A DNA stretch of 64,000 nucleotides, taken from the NCBI GenBank assembly GCA_030390025.1, contig CM059425.1:261082001-261146000 (forward strand), given 5' to 3'. This document shows, piece after piece, positions 48,900 to 62,995 of this stretch (position 1 is the first letter of the stretch; each line of letters begins with the position of its first letter). This DNA is from Squalus acanthias (Eukaryota). The position numbers and the translations under genes were made by a program. The notes under the pieces were generated by a model. It ran no database searches, was not told where the DNA came from, and saw nothing but the letters and a program-made list of their open reading frames with translations.

Positions 48900-49118
48900 A
48901 TGGCGAGGGAGTCGACGCTCAGATTGGACCTATCCAGCGATGTCCTGATACCCGACCCTGGACCGTACTCTGCCCCTGTGCCAGGTTGGATGCCCGGGTG
49001 TAGCCGTCTCCGACCCTCTTCGTACAGGGCCCTGCGCAGCGCCGTCTCCACCTTGGCCAGGATCGACGACTTCTACTGCGAGAAAATTGGGTCGGGGTTC
49101 TTCTCGGAGGTATTCAAG
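48900..49118 (+). CDS. TESK1: Testis-associated actin remodelling kinase 1, first coding exon
   Basis: [36 protein letters not shown] (kinase Gly-rich loop); phase-0 donor AAG|GTAGGT; lacks the N-terminal RNSI motif of TESK2; exon 2 not found in the window. Confidence 0.88.
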
Positions 49119-50730
49119 GTAGGTGGTTGTTAATGGTACTCGTGTTACTGGAGACCTGGTGTCAGGGTGGAGGCACAGCAGAGTACTTGAGGAAATGACT
49201 GATCCCTGAGACACTGTCTACACCTGAGGATTCTGTCTGTAACTGAGGATTCTGTCTACACCTGTGGAGCTTTCTGTTACCTGAGGGTACCGCCTGTACC
49301 TGAGGGTTATAGAATCATAGAATGGTTACAGCACGGAAGAAGTCCATTCGGCCCGTCGAGCCCGTGCCGACTCTTGGGCAGTCCCACTGCCCCGCCCTTT
49401 CCCCGTAGCCCTGCAAATTCTTTTCTTTCAAGATACTTATCCAACTCCCTTTTGAAAGATAAGATTGAATCTGCCTACACCACCCTTTCAGGCAGTGCAT
49501 TCCAGATCCTAACCACTCGCTGCGTAAAAACATTTTTTTTTCTTGCGTCGCCTTTGGTTCTTTTGCCAATCACTTTAAATCTGTGCCCTCTGGTTCTCGA
49601 CCCTTCTGCCAATGGGAATGGGTTCCGTCAGTACCTGAGGGTTCTGTCTATACCTGAGGAGCTCTTTGTTACTGTGTCTCTGTGATTTGGATGTAGGGAG
49701 TGGTGTTGGGAATTTGCAGGTGATAGCATAATTGGAGGTATAGTTAATTCTTTAGAAGATTAAAGGAAGCTGAAAAGAGACATTGATAAGTTGGGGGAAT
49801 GGGCTAAAAAGTGCCAGAAGGAATTCAGTGTTAGTAAGTGTGAGGTGATAACATTAGTAATTATACCCTGAATGGAAGTAGGCTCGGTGCTGCGAAAGAG
49901 CAGGGGGAGTTGGGGGGGTTCACAGCACATTAAAGGCAGAATCTCGGGTAGATCAAACAAGTAAAAAAAAAACTAATAGGATTCTAGGTTTTAAATCGCA
50001 AGAAGAAATGTAAAAGCCAAGAGGTAATGATGAGCCGATATAAAACCTTCAGACTTTATTTAGAGTAGTGTGTGTAGTATTGGACTCCACACTATAGGAA
50101 GGATATTGAGTTTTTGCGAAGGATTCAACAGATATTCACTACAACAACAACTTGCATTTGTATAGCACCTTTAACGTTGTAAAACGTCCCAAGACGTTTC
50201 ACAGGAGCGATTATCAAACAAAAATTTGACACCGAGCCATAGAAGGAGATATTGGGACAGGTGACCAGAAGCTTGGTCAAAGAGGTAGGTTTTAAGGAGC
50301 GTCTTGAAGGAGAGAGATGCAGAGAGGCGGAGAGGTTTAGGGAGGGAATTCTAGGGTACTTAGTATGAAGAAATACAAATATGAAGAAAATCATAAACAT
50401 TGGGTCTTGCTGTGGGTTTCCAGGTATACAAGTAACTAAAAGCTTGTGAACAGCTACAAAAATGTAATGGTGGCCTTTATCTCAAGGGGTTTGAATACAA
50501 AAGTGAGGAAGTGATGCTTCAGTTGTAGAGAGCCTTGGTCAGACCCCACCTGGAGTAACTGCGTGCAGTGCTGGGCACCGCACCTCAGGAAGGATAGACT
50601 GGCCTTGGAAGGGGGTAAATCGCAGATTCACCAGAATGATACTGGGGCTAAAAGAGTTATCAGGACAGGCTGCATAAACTTGGCTTGAGTTTAGAAGGTT
50701 GAGAGGTGATTAAAATGATTCGATAGGGTA

Positions 50731-52477
50731 TATACATAGATACATAGATACATAGAAGATAGGAGCAGGAGTAGGCCATCCGGCCCTTCGAGCCTGCTCC
50801 GCCATTTAATGAGATCATGGCTGATCCTCCAATTCAGTATCCCGTCCCCGCCTTCTCTCCGTAACCCTTAACCCCTTTTGCCTGTAGAAATATATCTAAT
50901 TCCCTCTTAAATATATTTAATGAGCTGGCGTACACTGCCCTCTGTGGCAATGAGTTCCACAGGTTCACCACCCTCTGAGTGAAGAAATTCCCCCTCATTT
51001 CTGTCCTAAATGGTTTAGCCCTTATCCTTAAATTATGTCCTCTAGTTCTGTTCTCACCCGCCAAGGGAAACATTCCTTCTGCATCTAGTCTGTCTAGACC
51101 TGTCAGAATTTTATACACTTCTATGAGGTCCCCTCTCAATCTTCTAAACTCCAGTGTGTACATCCCTAAACTACATAGTCTCTCCTCATAGGTCAATCCC
51201 GCCATTCCTGGTATCAGCCTGGTGAATCGCCGCTGCACCCCCTCCATGGCAAGAACATCTTTCCTCAGATGAGGCGACCAAAACTGTACACAGTACTCGA
51301 GGTGTGGTCTCACCAGTGCCCTGTACAGCTGCAGCAAGGTATCCCTGTTCCTGTATTCCAACCCTTTTGCTATGAAGGCCAGCATACCGTTTGCCTTCTT
51401 GACCGCCTGTTGCACCTGCATGCTCGCCTTCAGTGACTGGTGTACTAGAACACCCAGGTCTCTCTGTACTTCCCCCTCTCCCAATTTATTGCCATTTAAA
51501 TAATAATTTGCCCTCCCGTTCCTGCACCCAAGGTGGATAACTTCGCACTTGTCCACATTATAGTGCATCTGCCATTTATCCGCCCAATCACCCAGTCTGT
51601 CCAAATCGCTCTGGAGCTTCCTGGTCTCCTCCTCTGAGCCCACCCCCCCTCCTAGTTTAGTGTCGTCTGCAAATTTGGAAATGCTGCATCCGACTCCCTG
51701 ATCCAGGTCATTAATGTAAATTGTGAACAGCTGGGGACCCAGGACAGATCCCTGTGGTACCCCACTTGTTACTGCCTGCCATTCAGAAAATGAGCCGTTT
51801 ATTCCAACTCTTTGTTTTCTATCTGACAGCCAGTTTTCTATCCACGTCAATACTTTCCCCTTTATCCCATGAGCTTCAATTTTCCGTGCTAATCTTTTAT
51901 GTGGGACCTTATCGAAGGCCTTTTGGAAGTCCAGGTACACCACATCTACTGGCTCTCCCCCATCTATTTTACCAGTTACTCCCTCAAAAAATTCCAATAG
52001 ATTAGTCAAGCACGATTTACCCTTTGTAAATCCATGTTGACTCTGTCCTATCCTGTCCCCATTTGCTAAGTGCTCCGCTATTTCATCCTTAATGATGGAC
52101 TCCAGCATTTTGCCCACAACTGATGTAAGGCTTACAGGTCTGTAATTACCTGCTTTTTCCCTACCCCCCTTTTTGAATAGTGGGGTAATGTTAGCTACCC
52201 TCCAATCCATGGGCACTGTTCCCGAGTCTAATGAATTCTGAAAAATCATACTTAGTGCATCCGCTATCTCTAGGGCCACCTCCTTCAGTACCCTAGGATG
52301 CATGTTATCAGGCCCTGGGGATTTGTCCGCCTTCAATCCCTTTAGCTTCCTTAACACCATATCCTTAGAGATATTGATTTGCGTCAGTTCCTCCTTTGCC
52401 AATGTCCCTATTTTTCCCGATATCCCAGGGAGGTTTTTTGTGTCTTCCTTCGTAAAGACTGACCCAAAGTATGCATA
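50731..52477 (-). mobile_element. Young CR1 with an uninterrupted RT reading frame (TESK1 intron 1)
   Basis: ORF 50834-52552 (572 aa) contains all RT motifs; (CTATGTAT)n tail. Confidence 0.93.
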
Positions 52478-52564
52478 TACAGGGAAACTATTTCCTCTGG
52501 TGGGGAAATCCAGAACTGGGGGATGGGGGGGGGCGTCAATTGAAATGTTCAAGACTGAGATCGA

Positions 52565-53055
52565 TATTCAATATATACCTGAGGTAGTGTCCAGTTTTCA
52601 ATATATACCTGAGGTAGTGTCCAGTTTTCAATATATTCCTGAGGTAGTGTCCAGTTTTCAATATATACCTGAGGTAGTGTCCAGTATTCAAGATATACCT
52701 GAGGTCGTGTCCAGTTTTCAATATATACCTGAGGTAGTGTCCAGTATTCAATATATACCTGAGGTAGTGTCCAGTTTTCAATATATACCTGAGGTAGTGT
52801 CCAGTATTCAATATATACCTGAGGTAGTGTCCAGTATTCAATATATACCTGAGGTAGTGTCCAGTATTCAATATATACCTGAGGTAGTGTCCAGTATTCA
52901 ATATATACCTGAGGTCGTGTCCAGTTTTCAATATATACCTGAGGTAGTGTCCAGTATTCAATATATACCTGAGGTAGTCTCCAGTATTCAACATATACCT
53001 GAGGTAGTCTCCAGTATTCAATATATACCTGAGGTAGTGTCCAGTATTCAATATA
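52565..53055. repeat. 30-bp minisatellite, about 16 copies, with outliers at 53236-53260 and 54158-54218
   Basis: Unit TTCAATATATACCTGAGGTAGTGTCCAGT(A/T). Confidence 0.95.
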
Positions 53056-53261
53056 GAAAGAAAGAAAGATTTGCATTCATATAGCGCCTTTCATGACCAC
53101 CGGACGTCTCAAAGCGCTTTACAGCCAATTAAGTACTTTTTGAAGTGGAGTCACTGTTGTAATGTGGGAAGCGCAGCAGCCAATTTGCGCACAGCAAGCT
53201 CCCACAAACAACAATGTGATAATGACCAGATAATCTACCTGAGGTATTGTCCAGTATTCAC

Positions 53262-54157
53262 TTGGGGTGTGGCAAACAGAGAGGATGATACCAATCAACT
53301 GCAATAGGACATAGAAAGGCTAGCAGAATGGGCAAACAAGTGGCCGATGGAATTTAATACAGAGAAGTGTGAGGTGATGCATTTTGGCAGAAGGAACAGG
53401 GAAAGGCAATATACACTTAATGGCACAGTTTTAAAGAGTATGCAGGGACAGGGGGACCTGGGAGTTAATGTGCATAGGTCCCTGAAGGTGGTGGGACATA
53501 TTGAGAGAGTGGTTAGCAAAGCATATGGGATCTTGGGCTTCATAAATAGAGGTATTGAGTACAAAAGTAGAGAAGTTATGCTGAATCTTTATAAAGCGCT
53601 GGTTAGGCCACAACTGGAGTATTGCATCCAGTTCTGGTCACCACACTTTAGGAAGGATGTGAAGTCCCTTGAGAGGGTGCAGAGGAGATTTACCAGAATG
53701 GTTCCGGGGATGGGGGATCTTAGCTACAAGGACAGGTTGGAGAAGCTGGATTTGTTTTCATTAGAGCAAAGGAGATTGAGGGGTGATTTGATAGAGGTGT
53801 ACAAGATTATGACGGGTTTGGATAGGGTAGACAGAGAAAGGCTGTTCCCACTAGTTGATGGTACAAGGACTAGGGGGACACAGATTTAAGGTTTTGGCCA
53901 AGAGATACAGGGGGGATGTGAGGGAAAAACATTTTTACGCAGCGAGTGGTGATGACTGGAATTCGCTGCCGACGGAAGTGGTGGAAGCGGAGACACTCAA
54001 TATTTTCAAGGGGAGACTAGATAGGCACTTGAGGGAAATAAACTTGCAAGGCTACGGGGAATAGAGCGGGGGAATGGGACTGACTGGATTGCTCTACAGA
54101 GAGCCGGAATGACTCGATGGGCCAAATGGCCTCCTTCTGTGGCGTATGACTATGACT
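53262..54157 (+). mobile_element. CR1 3' fragment
   Basis: MEFNTEKCEVMHFG..RPQLEYCIQFWSP; (TATGAC)n tail. Confidence 0.88.
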
Positions 54158-54778
54158 CTATATACCTGAGGTATTGTCCAGTATTCAATATATACCTGAG
54201 GTAGTGTCCAATATTCAAGGTACATCATATGGCTGAGCTACAGGTGGGTAAATAGAGTTAAGATGCAGATCAGCCATAATGTAATTGAATGGCAGAACAG
54301 GCTCGAGGGGCCGAATGGCCTCCTCCTGTTCCTATCTTTCCTATAAATTAATGGATGGATAAACACAAGCTGGGGTGTGCGATTTGCAGTTGTGCACTCG
54401 CAGCATGCTACTGGAGTATAGGAGTGGAAAACATACCCGTCAGTGCACTGTTACATTCTTGCTGAATGAATTTCCATCATCAACACTCGAGTCCATGGTA
54501 TACACCATTAGTGTCAGCTGTGGCTCAGTTGGTAGCACCCTTGCCTCTGAGTCAGAATGTTGTGGGTTCAAGTCTCACTCCAGGGACAATATTATCCCTC
54601 AATTCTACCTCGCTAAAACAGATTATCTGATCATTACCACATTGCTGTTTGTGGGAGCTTGCTGTGTATAAATTGGCTGCTGCACCTTTTACATTACAAC
54701 AGTGACTACACTTCAAAAAGTAATTCATTGGTTATAAAGTGCTTTGGGATGTCTGGTGGTCGTGAAAGGCGCTATAGT

Positions 54779-55363
54779 CTTGCTACAACTGTACAGGGCG
54801 TTGGTGAGACACACCTGGAGTACTGCGTACAGTTTTGGTCTCCTTATTTAAGGAGGGATATACTTGCATTGGAGGCAGTTCAGAGAAGGTTCACTAGGTT
54901 GATTCCTGAGTTGAAGGGGTTGTCTTATGAGGAAAGGTTGGGCCTATACTCATTGGAGTTTAGAAGAATGAGAGGTGATCTTATTGAAACATAAGATTCT
55001 GAAGGGGCTTGACAGGGTAGATGCAAAGAGGATGTTTCCCCTCGTGGGGGAATCTAGAACTAGGGGGCATGGTTTCAGAATAAGGGGTCGCCCATTTAAA
55101 ACGGAGATGAGGAGGAATTTCTTCTCTGCGGGTTGTGAATCTTTGGAATTCTCTACCCCAGAGAGCTGTGGAGGCTGGGTCAGTGAATATATTCAAGGCG
55201 GAGATAGACAGATTTTTGAAAAACAGGGGAATCAAGGGTTATGGGGAGTGGGCAGGAAAGTGAAGTTGAGGCCAAGATCAGATCAGCCATGATCTCATTG
55301 AATGGCGGAGCAGGCTCGAGGGGCCGAATGGCCAACTCCTGCTCCTATTTCTTATGTTCTTAT
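54779..55363 (+). mobile_element. CR1 3' fragment inserted into a SINE tail
   Basis: [16 protein letters not shown]..; TTCTTATGTTCTTAT tail. Confidence 0.85.
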
Positions 55364-57729
55364 AGTAATGCAAGTCTTTTTTTCTAACTTTTTATTTGAA
55401 AAATATCTTTCCATTCCTCAAAAATGGTTCAGAAGAGACAGATTTATAAACTGAATGTTCCACAGATATAACTGTAAAAACAAATCTATTCTTTGATAAA
55501 CAATCTTTGTTTTCTTTTCTAACTGTCAACAAAGAAACCTCAGGTACTGCAGATCAAAGGTGTTGTCTATCTGTGAGCTGTTCATAACAGAGATTGCACA
55601 ATCTATATATTAAAAAGAAAATTGTGTATGGTGGTGCACTTACTGTTCACAAACCCTATTTCCTGTTGTCATGATTTCTGGTCATACTTTTCTGTCAACA
55701 TTTCCCACACCATTGTCTTGTGTCAACTGTCACAGTGTAGTTGCAGAGCTTGGCCATTAGGTGGCAAGTTTTCTGAAGGCCCAACTCTGTCGCTATCTTG
55801 CACCTAAACATTTTATATTCATCGTCTGAACACGGACAATTTGATAGCGTTTATGTAATTTTATTACTGGCCATCACTTACCTGAATTCACAGTCCGTGT
55901 TGTTTTGAAGTCTTTTGGGGAGGAAAATCTCAACTCCTCACAGGATGAAGAGGCGTCAAGGCATGGTGACGCACAGATTGCAGGCTGGGAATTTCTGCAC
56001 ATGCTAAGAACGCACGCATGTGGCTGAGAGCCCTCTCTGACTGCAATGTGTGAAAATTACTCAGTCGAGACCCAGGCTTTTGGGAAAGGCTGAGGCCTTC
56101 CATTGAAAACTTCAATGAAAGTAGTAGTAAGAGGTGCAGAAGATAATTTGGTGCGTAAGTATAGCCATGCTGTCGTAAAATATGTATTTTATTTTGTTTA
56201 GAACCGTTTATTTTAAAATTTGAGGTACCGAGAAAACATAAAATATTTTTCCATAAAGATTTTTGAGTGATTCTCTTAGTTCATCAACAAACCTGTGATA
56301 AAAATCTGTGTCGTGGCACCTTTTAGCGTAAGAAAGAAAGAACATAAGAATTTGCATTTATATAGCGCCTTTCACGTTCTCCAGGCATCCCATTGTGCTG
56401 GACTGAACTTTTTTTACCTTTCAATCTAAGTTTAACTCGTGAGGAGAAAGATCTTATGCTTTGAGAGTTCTGTGACAGCACAGTCTTACACTGCTTTAAT
56501 CACATGGCCCTGAGGACGATTAGAATTAAAAGGGGATTTTACAGGGAGCAGGTTGTGGGGCTCACACCTCCTGGCCAAAACTCTGCTGCCCGTATCCTAA
56601 CTCACACCAAGCCCCGTTCACCCATCACCCCTGTGTGTGCTGACCTACACTCGAACGGTAGCATGGTGGTTATGTTACTGGACTAGTAATCCAGAGGCCT
56701 GAACTAATGATCAGCTAGTATCAGTAATGGTGACCATGAAACTATTGGATTGTCGTAAAAACCCAGGAAATCTGCCGTCCTTACCTGGTCTGGCCTACAT
56801 GTGACGCCAGACCCACAGCAAGGTAGTTGACTCTTAACTGCCCTCTAGACGGCTCACCACTACCTTCTCCAAGGCAATAAATGCTGGCCTTGCCAGTGAC
56901 ACCCACATCCCATGAACAGAAAAAAATAAGGTCTAGCAGCGCCTTGATTTAAAAATTCTCATCATTTTCAATCCCTCCATGGCCTTGCCCTTCCCTATCT
57001 CTGTAACTTTCTCCAGCCCTATAACCTGCCAAGATCTCTGCGCTCCTCCAATTCTGGCCTCTTGCTCATCCACGATTATAATCGCTCCACCATTGACGGC
57101 CGTGCCTTCAGCTGCCAAGGCCCTAAACTCTGGAAATCCCTCCCTAAACCTCTCCACCTCTCTACCTTTCTTTTCTCCTTTGAAGACTCTCCTCAGAACC
57201 TACCGTTTTGACCAAGCCTTTGGTCACCTGTCCTATCTCCTTATGTGGCTCAGTGTCAGGATTTTGACTGATAACGATCCTGTGAAGCGCCTTGGGATGT
57301 TTAAGGTGCTATATAAATGCAAGTTGTTGTTGTTGTATTAGTGCTCCCCTCGACTCACCACATTCTCGTCCACTGTGTGAGCCTTCGATGATGTCTAGCC
57401 TGGACCCTTACCTCTTGACAGGACTGTGTGGAACACAGAGCAGCTAAACTCTTCCACGGGGAGGGGCTGACCGTTTTTTTTGAGCCAATGTTGTGAAATT
57501 CTAATTGCGATTTTTAAGACGAGGCATTAAACTCAGTGTTTAATCCAAAACTCAACAGACTGCAGGCTGTGTATGGTGATTTACTTGTGATTTAGTTCCA
57601 TGTAATCCCTTTTAACTCAGAGCTGCAATCTGCCCCACAGTCTGAGATAGAAGCAGGGGTCATTCGAGTTCATTTCAGGAATTCTCTGGAAAAGGAATGC
57701 TGTAAACCTCAAAAAATTATCTTAGCCTT

Positions 57730-57935
57730 ATTAATCCATAAATTACAACACACTGCACCAGCATACAGGCAGAGGAGAGGAGCCATTAACCCTGAATTAT
57801 AACACACTGCACCAGGGTATAGACAGAGAGGAGAGGAGCCATTAACCCTGAATTATAACACACTGCACCAGGGTATAGACAGAGAGGAGAGGAGCCATTA
57901 ACCCTGAATTATAACACACTGCACCAGGGTAACAC
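57730..57935. repeat. 56-bp tandem repeat, about 3.5 copies
   Basis: AATTATAACACACTGCACCAGGGTATAGACAGAGAGGAGAGGAGCCATTAACCCTG. Confidence 0.9.
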
Positions 57936-58254
57936 AGAAGGAGCCCATTAAGCCTGTGCCGGATTAGACCCACTCCCCCCTGCTCTTTCCCCATAGCCCT
58001 GCAAATTGTTTCTTTTCCAGTATATATCCAGTTCCCTTTTTTGAAAGTTACTATTGAATCTGCTTCTAATGCGCTTTCAGGCAGTGCAGTGCAGATAGAC
58101 GACTAGGTGTAGATGTGTTGATATTGTTACGCCATTGACTCCCTCCCCCTTTGCACATACCTGCATGTTAGAAACCGTCTGCTCTTATTGGGTGGCGGAG
58201 GAGCACTGGACACATGTCGGAGACTGAACGTATCCTAACTCGCACCCCTGTGCT

Positions 58255-61200
58255 TGGAATCATAGAATAGAATCATAGCACGGTTACAGCACAGCAGGAC
58301 GCCATTTGGCTTGTCGAGCTCATGCCAGCTCTCTGCAAGAGCACTTCAGCTAGTCCCACTCCCCTGCCCTTTCCCTGTAGCCCTGCAATTTTTTTTCCTT
58401 CAGGTACTTATCCAATTCCCTTTTGAAAGCCATGATTGAGTCTGCCTCTACCACCCTTTTCAGGCCGTGCATTCCAGATCCTAACCACTTGCTGCGTAAA
58501 AGAGATTTTCCTCATGTCGCCTTTGGTTCTTCTGCCAATCACCTTAAATCTGTGTCCTCTGGTTCTCGACCCTTCCATCAATGGGAACAGTTTCTCTCTA
58601 TCTACTCTGTCTAGACCCCTCATGATTTTGAACACCTCTATCAAATCTCCTCTCAATCTTCTCTGCTCTAAGGAGAACAACCCCAGCTTCTCCAGTCTAT
58701 CCACGTAACTGAAGTCCCTCATCCCTGGAACCATTCTTGTAAATCTTTTCTACACCATCTCTAAGGCCTTTACATCCTTCCTAAAGTGCGGCGCCCAGAA
58801 TTGGACACAATACTCCAATTGAGGCCGAACCAGTGTTTTATAAAGGTTCATCATAACTTCCTTGCTCTATTTGAACTCTATGCCGCTATTTATGAAGCCC
58901 AGGATCCCATATGCTTTTTTAACCGCTTTCTCAACCTGCCCTGCCAACTTCAACGATTTGCGCACATATACCCCCAGGTCTCTCTGTTCATGCACCACCT
59001 TTAGAATTGTACCCTTTAGCTTATATTCCTACCAAAATGTATCACTTCGCACTTTTCTGTGTTAAATTTCATCTGCCACGTGTCCACACATTTCACCAGC
59101 CTGTCTATGTCCTCTTAAAGTCTATCACTATCCTCCTCACTGTTCACTATACTTCCAAGTTTTGTGTCATCTGCAGATTGTGAAATTGTGCCCTGTACAC
59201 CCAAGGCCAAGTCATTAATATATATCAAGAAAAGCAGTGGTCCTAGTACTGACCCCTGGGGAACACCACTGTATACCTTCCTCCAGTCCGATAAACAACC
59301 GTTCACCACTACTCTGTTTCCTGTCACTTAGCCAATTTTGTATCCGTGCTGCCACTGTCCATTTTATTCCATGGGCTTCAACTTTGCTGGCAAGCCTATT
59401 ATGTGGCACTTTATCAAACGCTTTTTGGAAGTCATAGAAACATAGACGATAGGAGCAGGAGTAGGCCATTCGGCCCCTCGAGCCTGCTCCGCCATTTAAT
59501 GAGATCATGGCTGATCATCCAAATTCAGTACCCTGTCCCTGCTTTCTCCCCATATCCCTTGATCCCTTTAGCCTTAAGAAATATATCTAACTCTTTCTTG
59601 AATATATTTAATGAATTGGCCTCAACTGCCTTCTGTGATAGAGAATTCCACAGGTTCACCACTCTCTGGGTAAAGAAATTCCTCCTCATCTCAGTCCTAA
59701 ATGGCTTACCCCTTATCCTTAGACTGTGACCCCTGGTTCTGGACTCCCCCACCATCGGGAACATCCTTCCTGCATCTAGTCTGTCTAGTCCTGTTAGAAT
59801 TTTATAAGTTTCAATGAGATCCCCTCTCATTCTTCTAAACTCGAGCGAATACAAGCCCAATCGACCCAATCTCTCCTCATACGTCATTCCTGCCATCCCA
59901 GGTATCAGTCTGGTGAATCTTCACTGCACTCCCTCCATGGCAAGAACATCCTTCCTCAGATAAGGCGACCAAAACTGCACACAATACTCAAGGTGTGGTC
60001 TCTCCAAGGCCCTGTACAACTGCAGCAAGACATCCTTGCTCCTGTACTCGAATCCTCTCACTATGAAGGCCAACATACCATTTGCCTTCTTAACCACCTG
60101 CTACACCTGCATGCTTACCTTCAGCGACTGGTGCACAAGGACACCCAGGTCTCGTTGCACTTCCCCTTCTCCAATCTATTGCCGTTCAGATAATAATCTG
60201 CCTTCCTGTTTTTGCCACCAAAGTGGATAACCTCGCATTTATCCACATTATACTGCATCTGCCATGCATCTGCCCAATCACCCAACCTGTCCAAATCATA
60301 CTGGAGTTTCTCTGTATCCTCCTCACAGCACACACGCCCACCCAGCTTTGTGTCGTCTGCAAACTTGGAGATATTACATCTAGTTCCCTCGTCTAGATCA
60401 TTTATATATATTGTGAATAACTGGGGTCCTAGCACCGATCCCTGCGGTACCCCACTAGTCACTGCCTGCCACTCGGAAAAAGACCCGTTTATTCCAACTC
60501 TTTGCTTCCTGTCTGCCAACCAGTTCTCTATCCAAGTCAGTACCTTACCCCAATCCCATGTGCTTTTACTTTGCACGCTAATCTCTTATGCGGGACCTTA
60601 TCGAAAGCCTTCTGAAAGTCAAAATACACCACATCCACTGGTTCTCCCTTATCTATTCTACCAGTTACATCCTCAAAAAATTCCAGTAGATTAGTCAAGC
60701 ATGATTTACCTTTTGTAAATCCATGTTGACTTTGTCCGACCTTGTCACTGTTTTCCAAGTGCTCTGCTATTACATCTTTTATAATGGACTCTAGCATTTT
60801 CCCCACTACCAATGTCAGGCTTACCTGTCTATAATTCCCCATTTTCTCTCTACCACCTTTTTTGAATAGTGGCGTTACATTAGCTACCCTCCAATCCATG
60901 GGAACTGTTCCAGAGTCTGTAGAATTTTGGAAAATGACCAGCAATGCATCTACTATTTCTAGGGCCACTTCCTTAAGTACCCTAGGATGCAGATTATCAG
61001 GCCCTGGGGATTTATCGGCCTTCAATCCCATCAATTTCCCTAACACCATTTCCCTACAAATACTGATTTCATTCAGTTCCTCCCTCTCATTAGACCCTAT
61101 GTTCCCCGACATCTCTGGGAGGTTATTTGTGTCCTCCTTTGTGAAGACAGAACCAAAGTATGTATTTAATTGGTCTGCCATTTCTTTGTTCCCCATTATA

Positions 61201-61395
61201 AATTCCCGTGATTCTGACTGCAAGGGATCTATGCTTGACTTCACCAATCTTTTTCTCTTTACATATCTATAGAAGCTTTTACAGTCAGTTTTTATGTTCC
61301 CTGCAAGCTTACTCTCATACTCTATTTTCCCCCTCTTAATTAATCCCTTTGTCCTCCATGTACACCACGTCAACCGCATTGCCCTCATCAACCCT
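58255..61395 (-). mobile_element. CR1 fragment with a younger CR1 nested at 59433-61358
   Basis: Two RT 3' ends in tandem; the host resumes at CATGTACACCACG. Confidence 0.88.
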
Positions 61396-62841
61396 CTCTT
61401 ACCTACATTGGCTCCTGGTCCAGCAATGTTTCAATTTTAAAATTCTCATCCTTGTTTTCAAATCCCTCTATGTCCTCACCACTCCCTATCTCTGTAACCT
61501 CTTCCAACCCTACAACCCTCTGAGATCTCTGTGCTCCTCCAATTCTGGCCTCTTGCACATCCCTCCGATTTTCATCGCTCCACCATTGGCGGCCGTGCCT
61601 TCAGCTGCCAGGGCCCTAAGCTCTGGAATTCCCTCCCTAAACCTCTCCGCCTCTCTACCTCTCTCTCCTCCTTTTTAAGACGCTCCTTAAAACCTATCTC
61701 TTTGACCAAGCTTTTGGTCATCTGCCCTAATATCTTATGTGGCTCGGTGTCAAATTTTGTTTAATAATCGCTCCTGTGAAGCGCCTTGGGACATTTTACT
61801 ACGTTAAAGGCCCTATTTAAATGCAAGTTGTTGTTGTTGTAAACGGGATGGAGATTATGGGTATCCAAGAGTGTTGTTTGGGGGGTGACTGGGAAGGACC
61901 ACATCCTCACTCCAACAGAGTTGAGCTGTGGCTGGAGGCTGTCAGGACACGTTCTCCTGTTGACCGCCGGGTGGGCTGAGCGGTTTAACAGTACGGACAG
62001 GTGGTTTACAATGCCCTTTGAACCCTTGACGAGAATTCCTGGAAGTGACAGTCCCTTTAATACCACGGAGGTGGAGATGGTCGTGTTGGAGTGTCGGATA
62101 CTCTGGGATGAGAGGGTGGAGAACTGTTCCAGTTTGTTTGCTAAACCAGGTCCAGCGGGTCCTCTGAAGCTGGTTCTTTCGCCCCGCTCCCTATTGTCCT
62201 TTTTGATGTGAATGTTGCTGAAACCGGATCCTATCCTTGGAATTCCCCATTCCACCTGCTCATTAAGGTCTGAATGTCCTTGGAGAATGGGGGTGGAAGC
62301 GCACCTGAGCGTTGGCTGTCCGTTAATAATTCAGCACTCTCGTGGGGAAGGAGAATAGAAGAAAATTAATAAGTAAATAGCTGGAGGGAGCGAGAGTGCA
62401 GGCACATCATCCAGTCACGCAGAGAGAGACAGACAGCACGCAGGCACAGACAGCAAGTCAGATAGAGACACAGAGGGGTAGAAATTGAATCTCTTTGCTC
62501 CTGTTTTATGGGCGTAAAATGGGCTCAACAAAGGGCAATTTCAGGGTCCAACTGGTTCACTATGTCCCTTAGGGAGGGAAACCTGCCGTCCTTCCCCAGT
62601 CTGGGCCTATATGTGACTCCAGTCACACACCAACGTGGTTGACTCTGAACTGCCCTCATATTAAAGAACATGAGTGAACAAGTAGGGTTTCTACAAAAAT
62701 CGGACAGCTTCATGGTCACTTTTACTGATACCAGCTTTTTATTTCCAGGTTTTGTTTTAACTGAATTAAAAATTCTCAAACTGGGTGGGATTTGAACTCA
62801 CGTTCTCTGGATTAATTAGTCCAGTAACATAACCACTACAC

Positions 62842-62995
62842 CAGTGTTCCCTGTGAGCTGTGCTTTGTTCTGCGTGGCCTGTTTCTTTTAGTTCACGGTC
62901 CCTTTAAATTTTCGCGCAAACGCGGTATTTACTATGAAAAAAGCCGGTGAGCTTCTCCCAATACTGCGCAGCCGCCCAGCTTAGAGGGAACATTG
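62842..62995. mobile_element. hAT-type MITE
   Basis: TIR CAGTGTTCCCTGTGAGCTG / CAGCTTAGAGGGAACATTG; 8-bp TSD CACTACAC/CAGTACAC. Confidence 0.8.

Noticed and set aside
48900-49118. TESK2 assignment
   Set aside because: The Gly-loop region is TESK2-like, but [16 protein letters not shown] and the absence of the MDRSKRNSI N-terminus favour TESK1
52302-53084. Repetitive ORFs (QYIPEVVSS)n
   Set aside because: By-product of a 30-bp tandem repeat that is open in several frames
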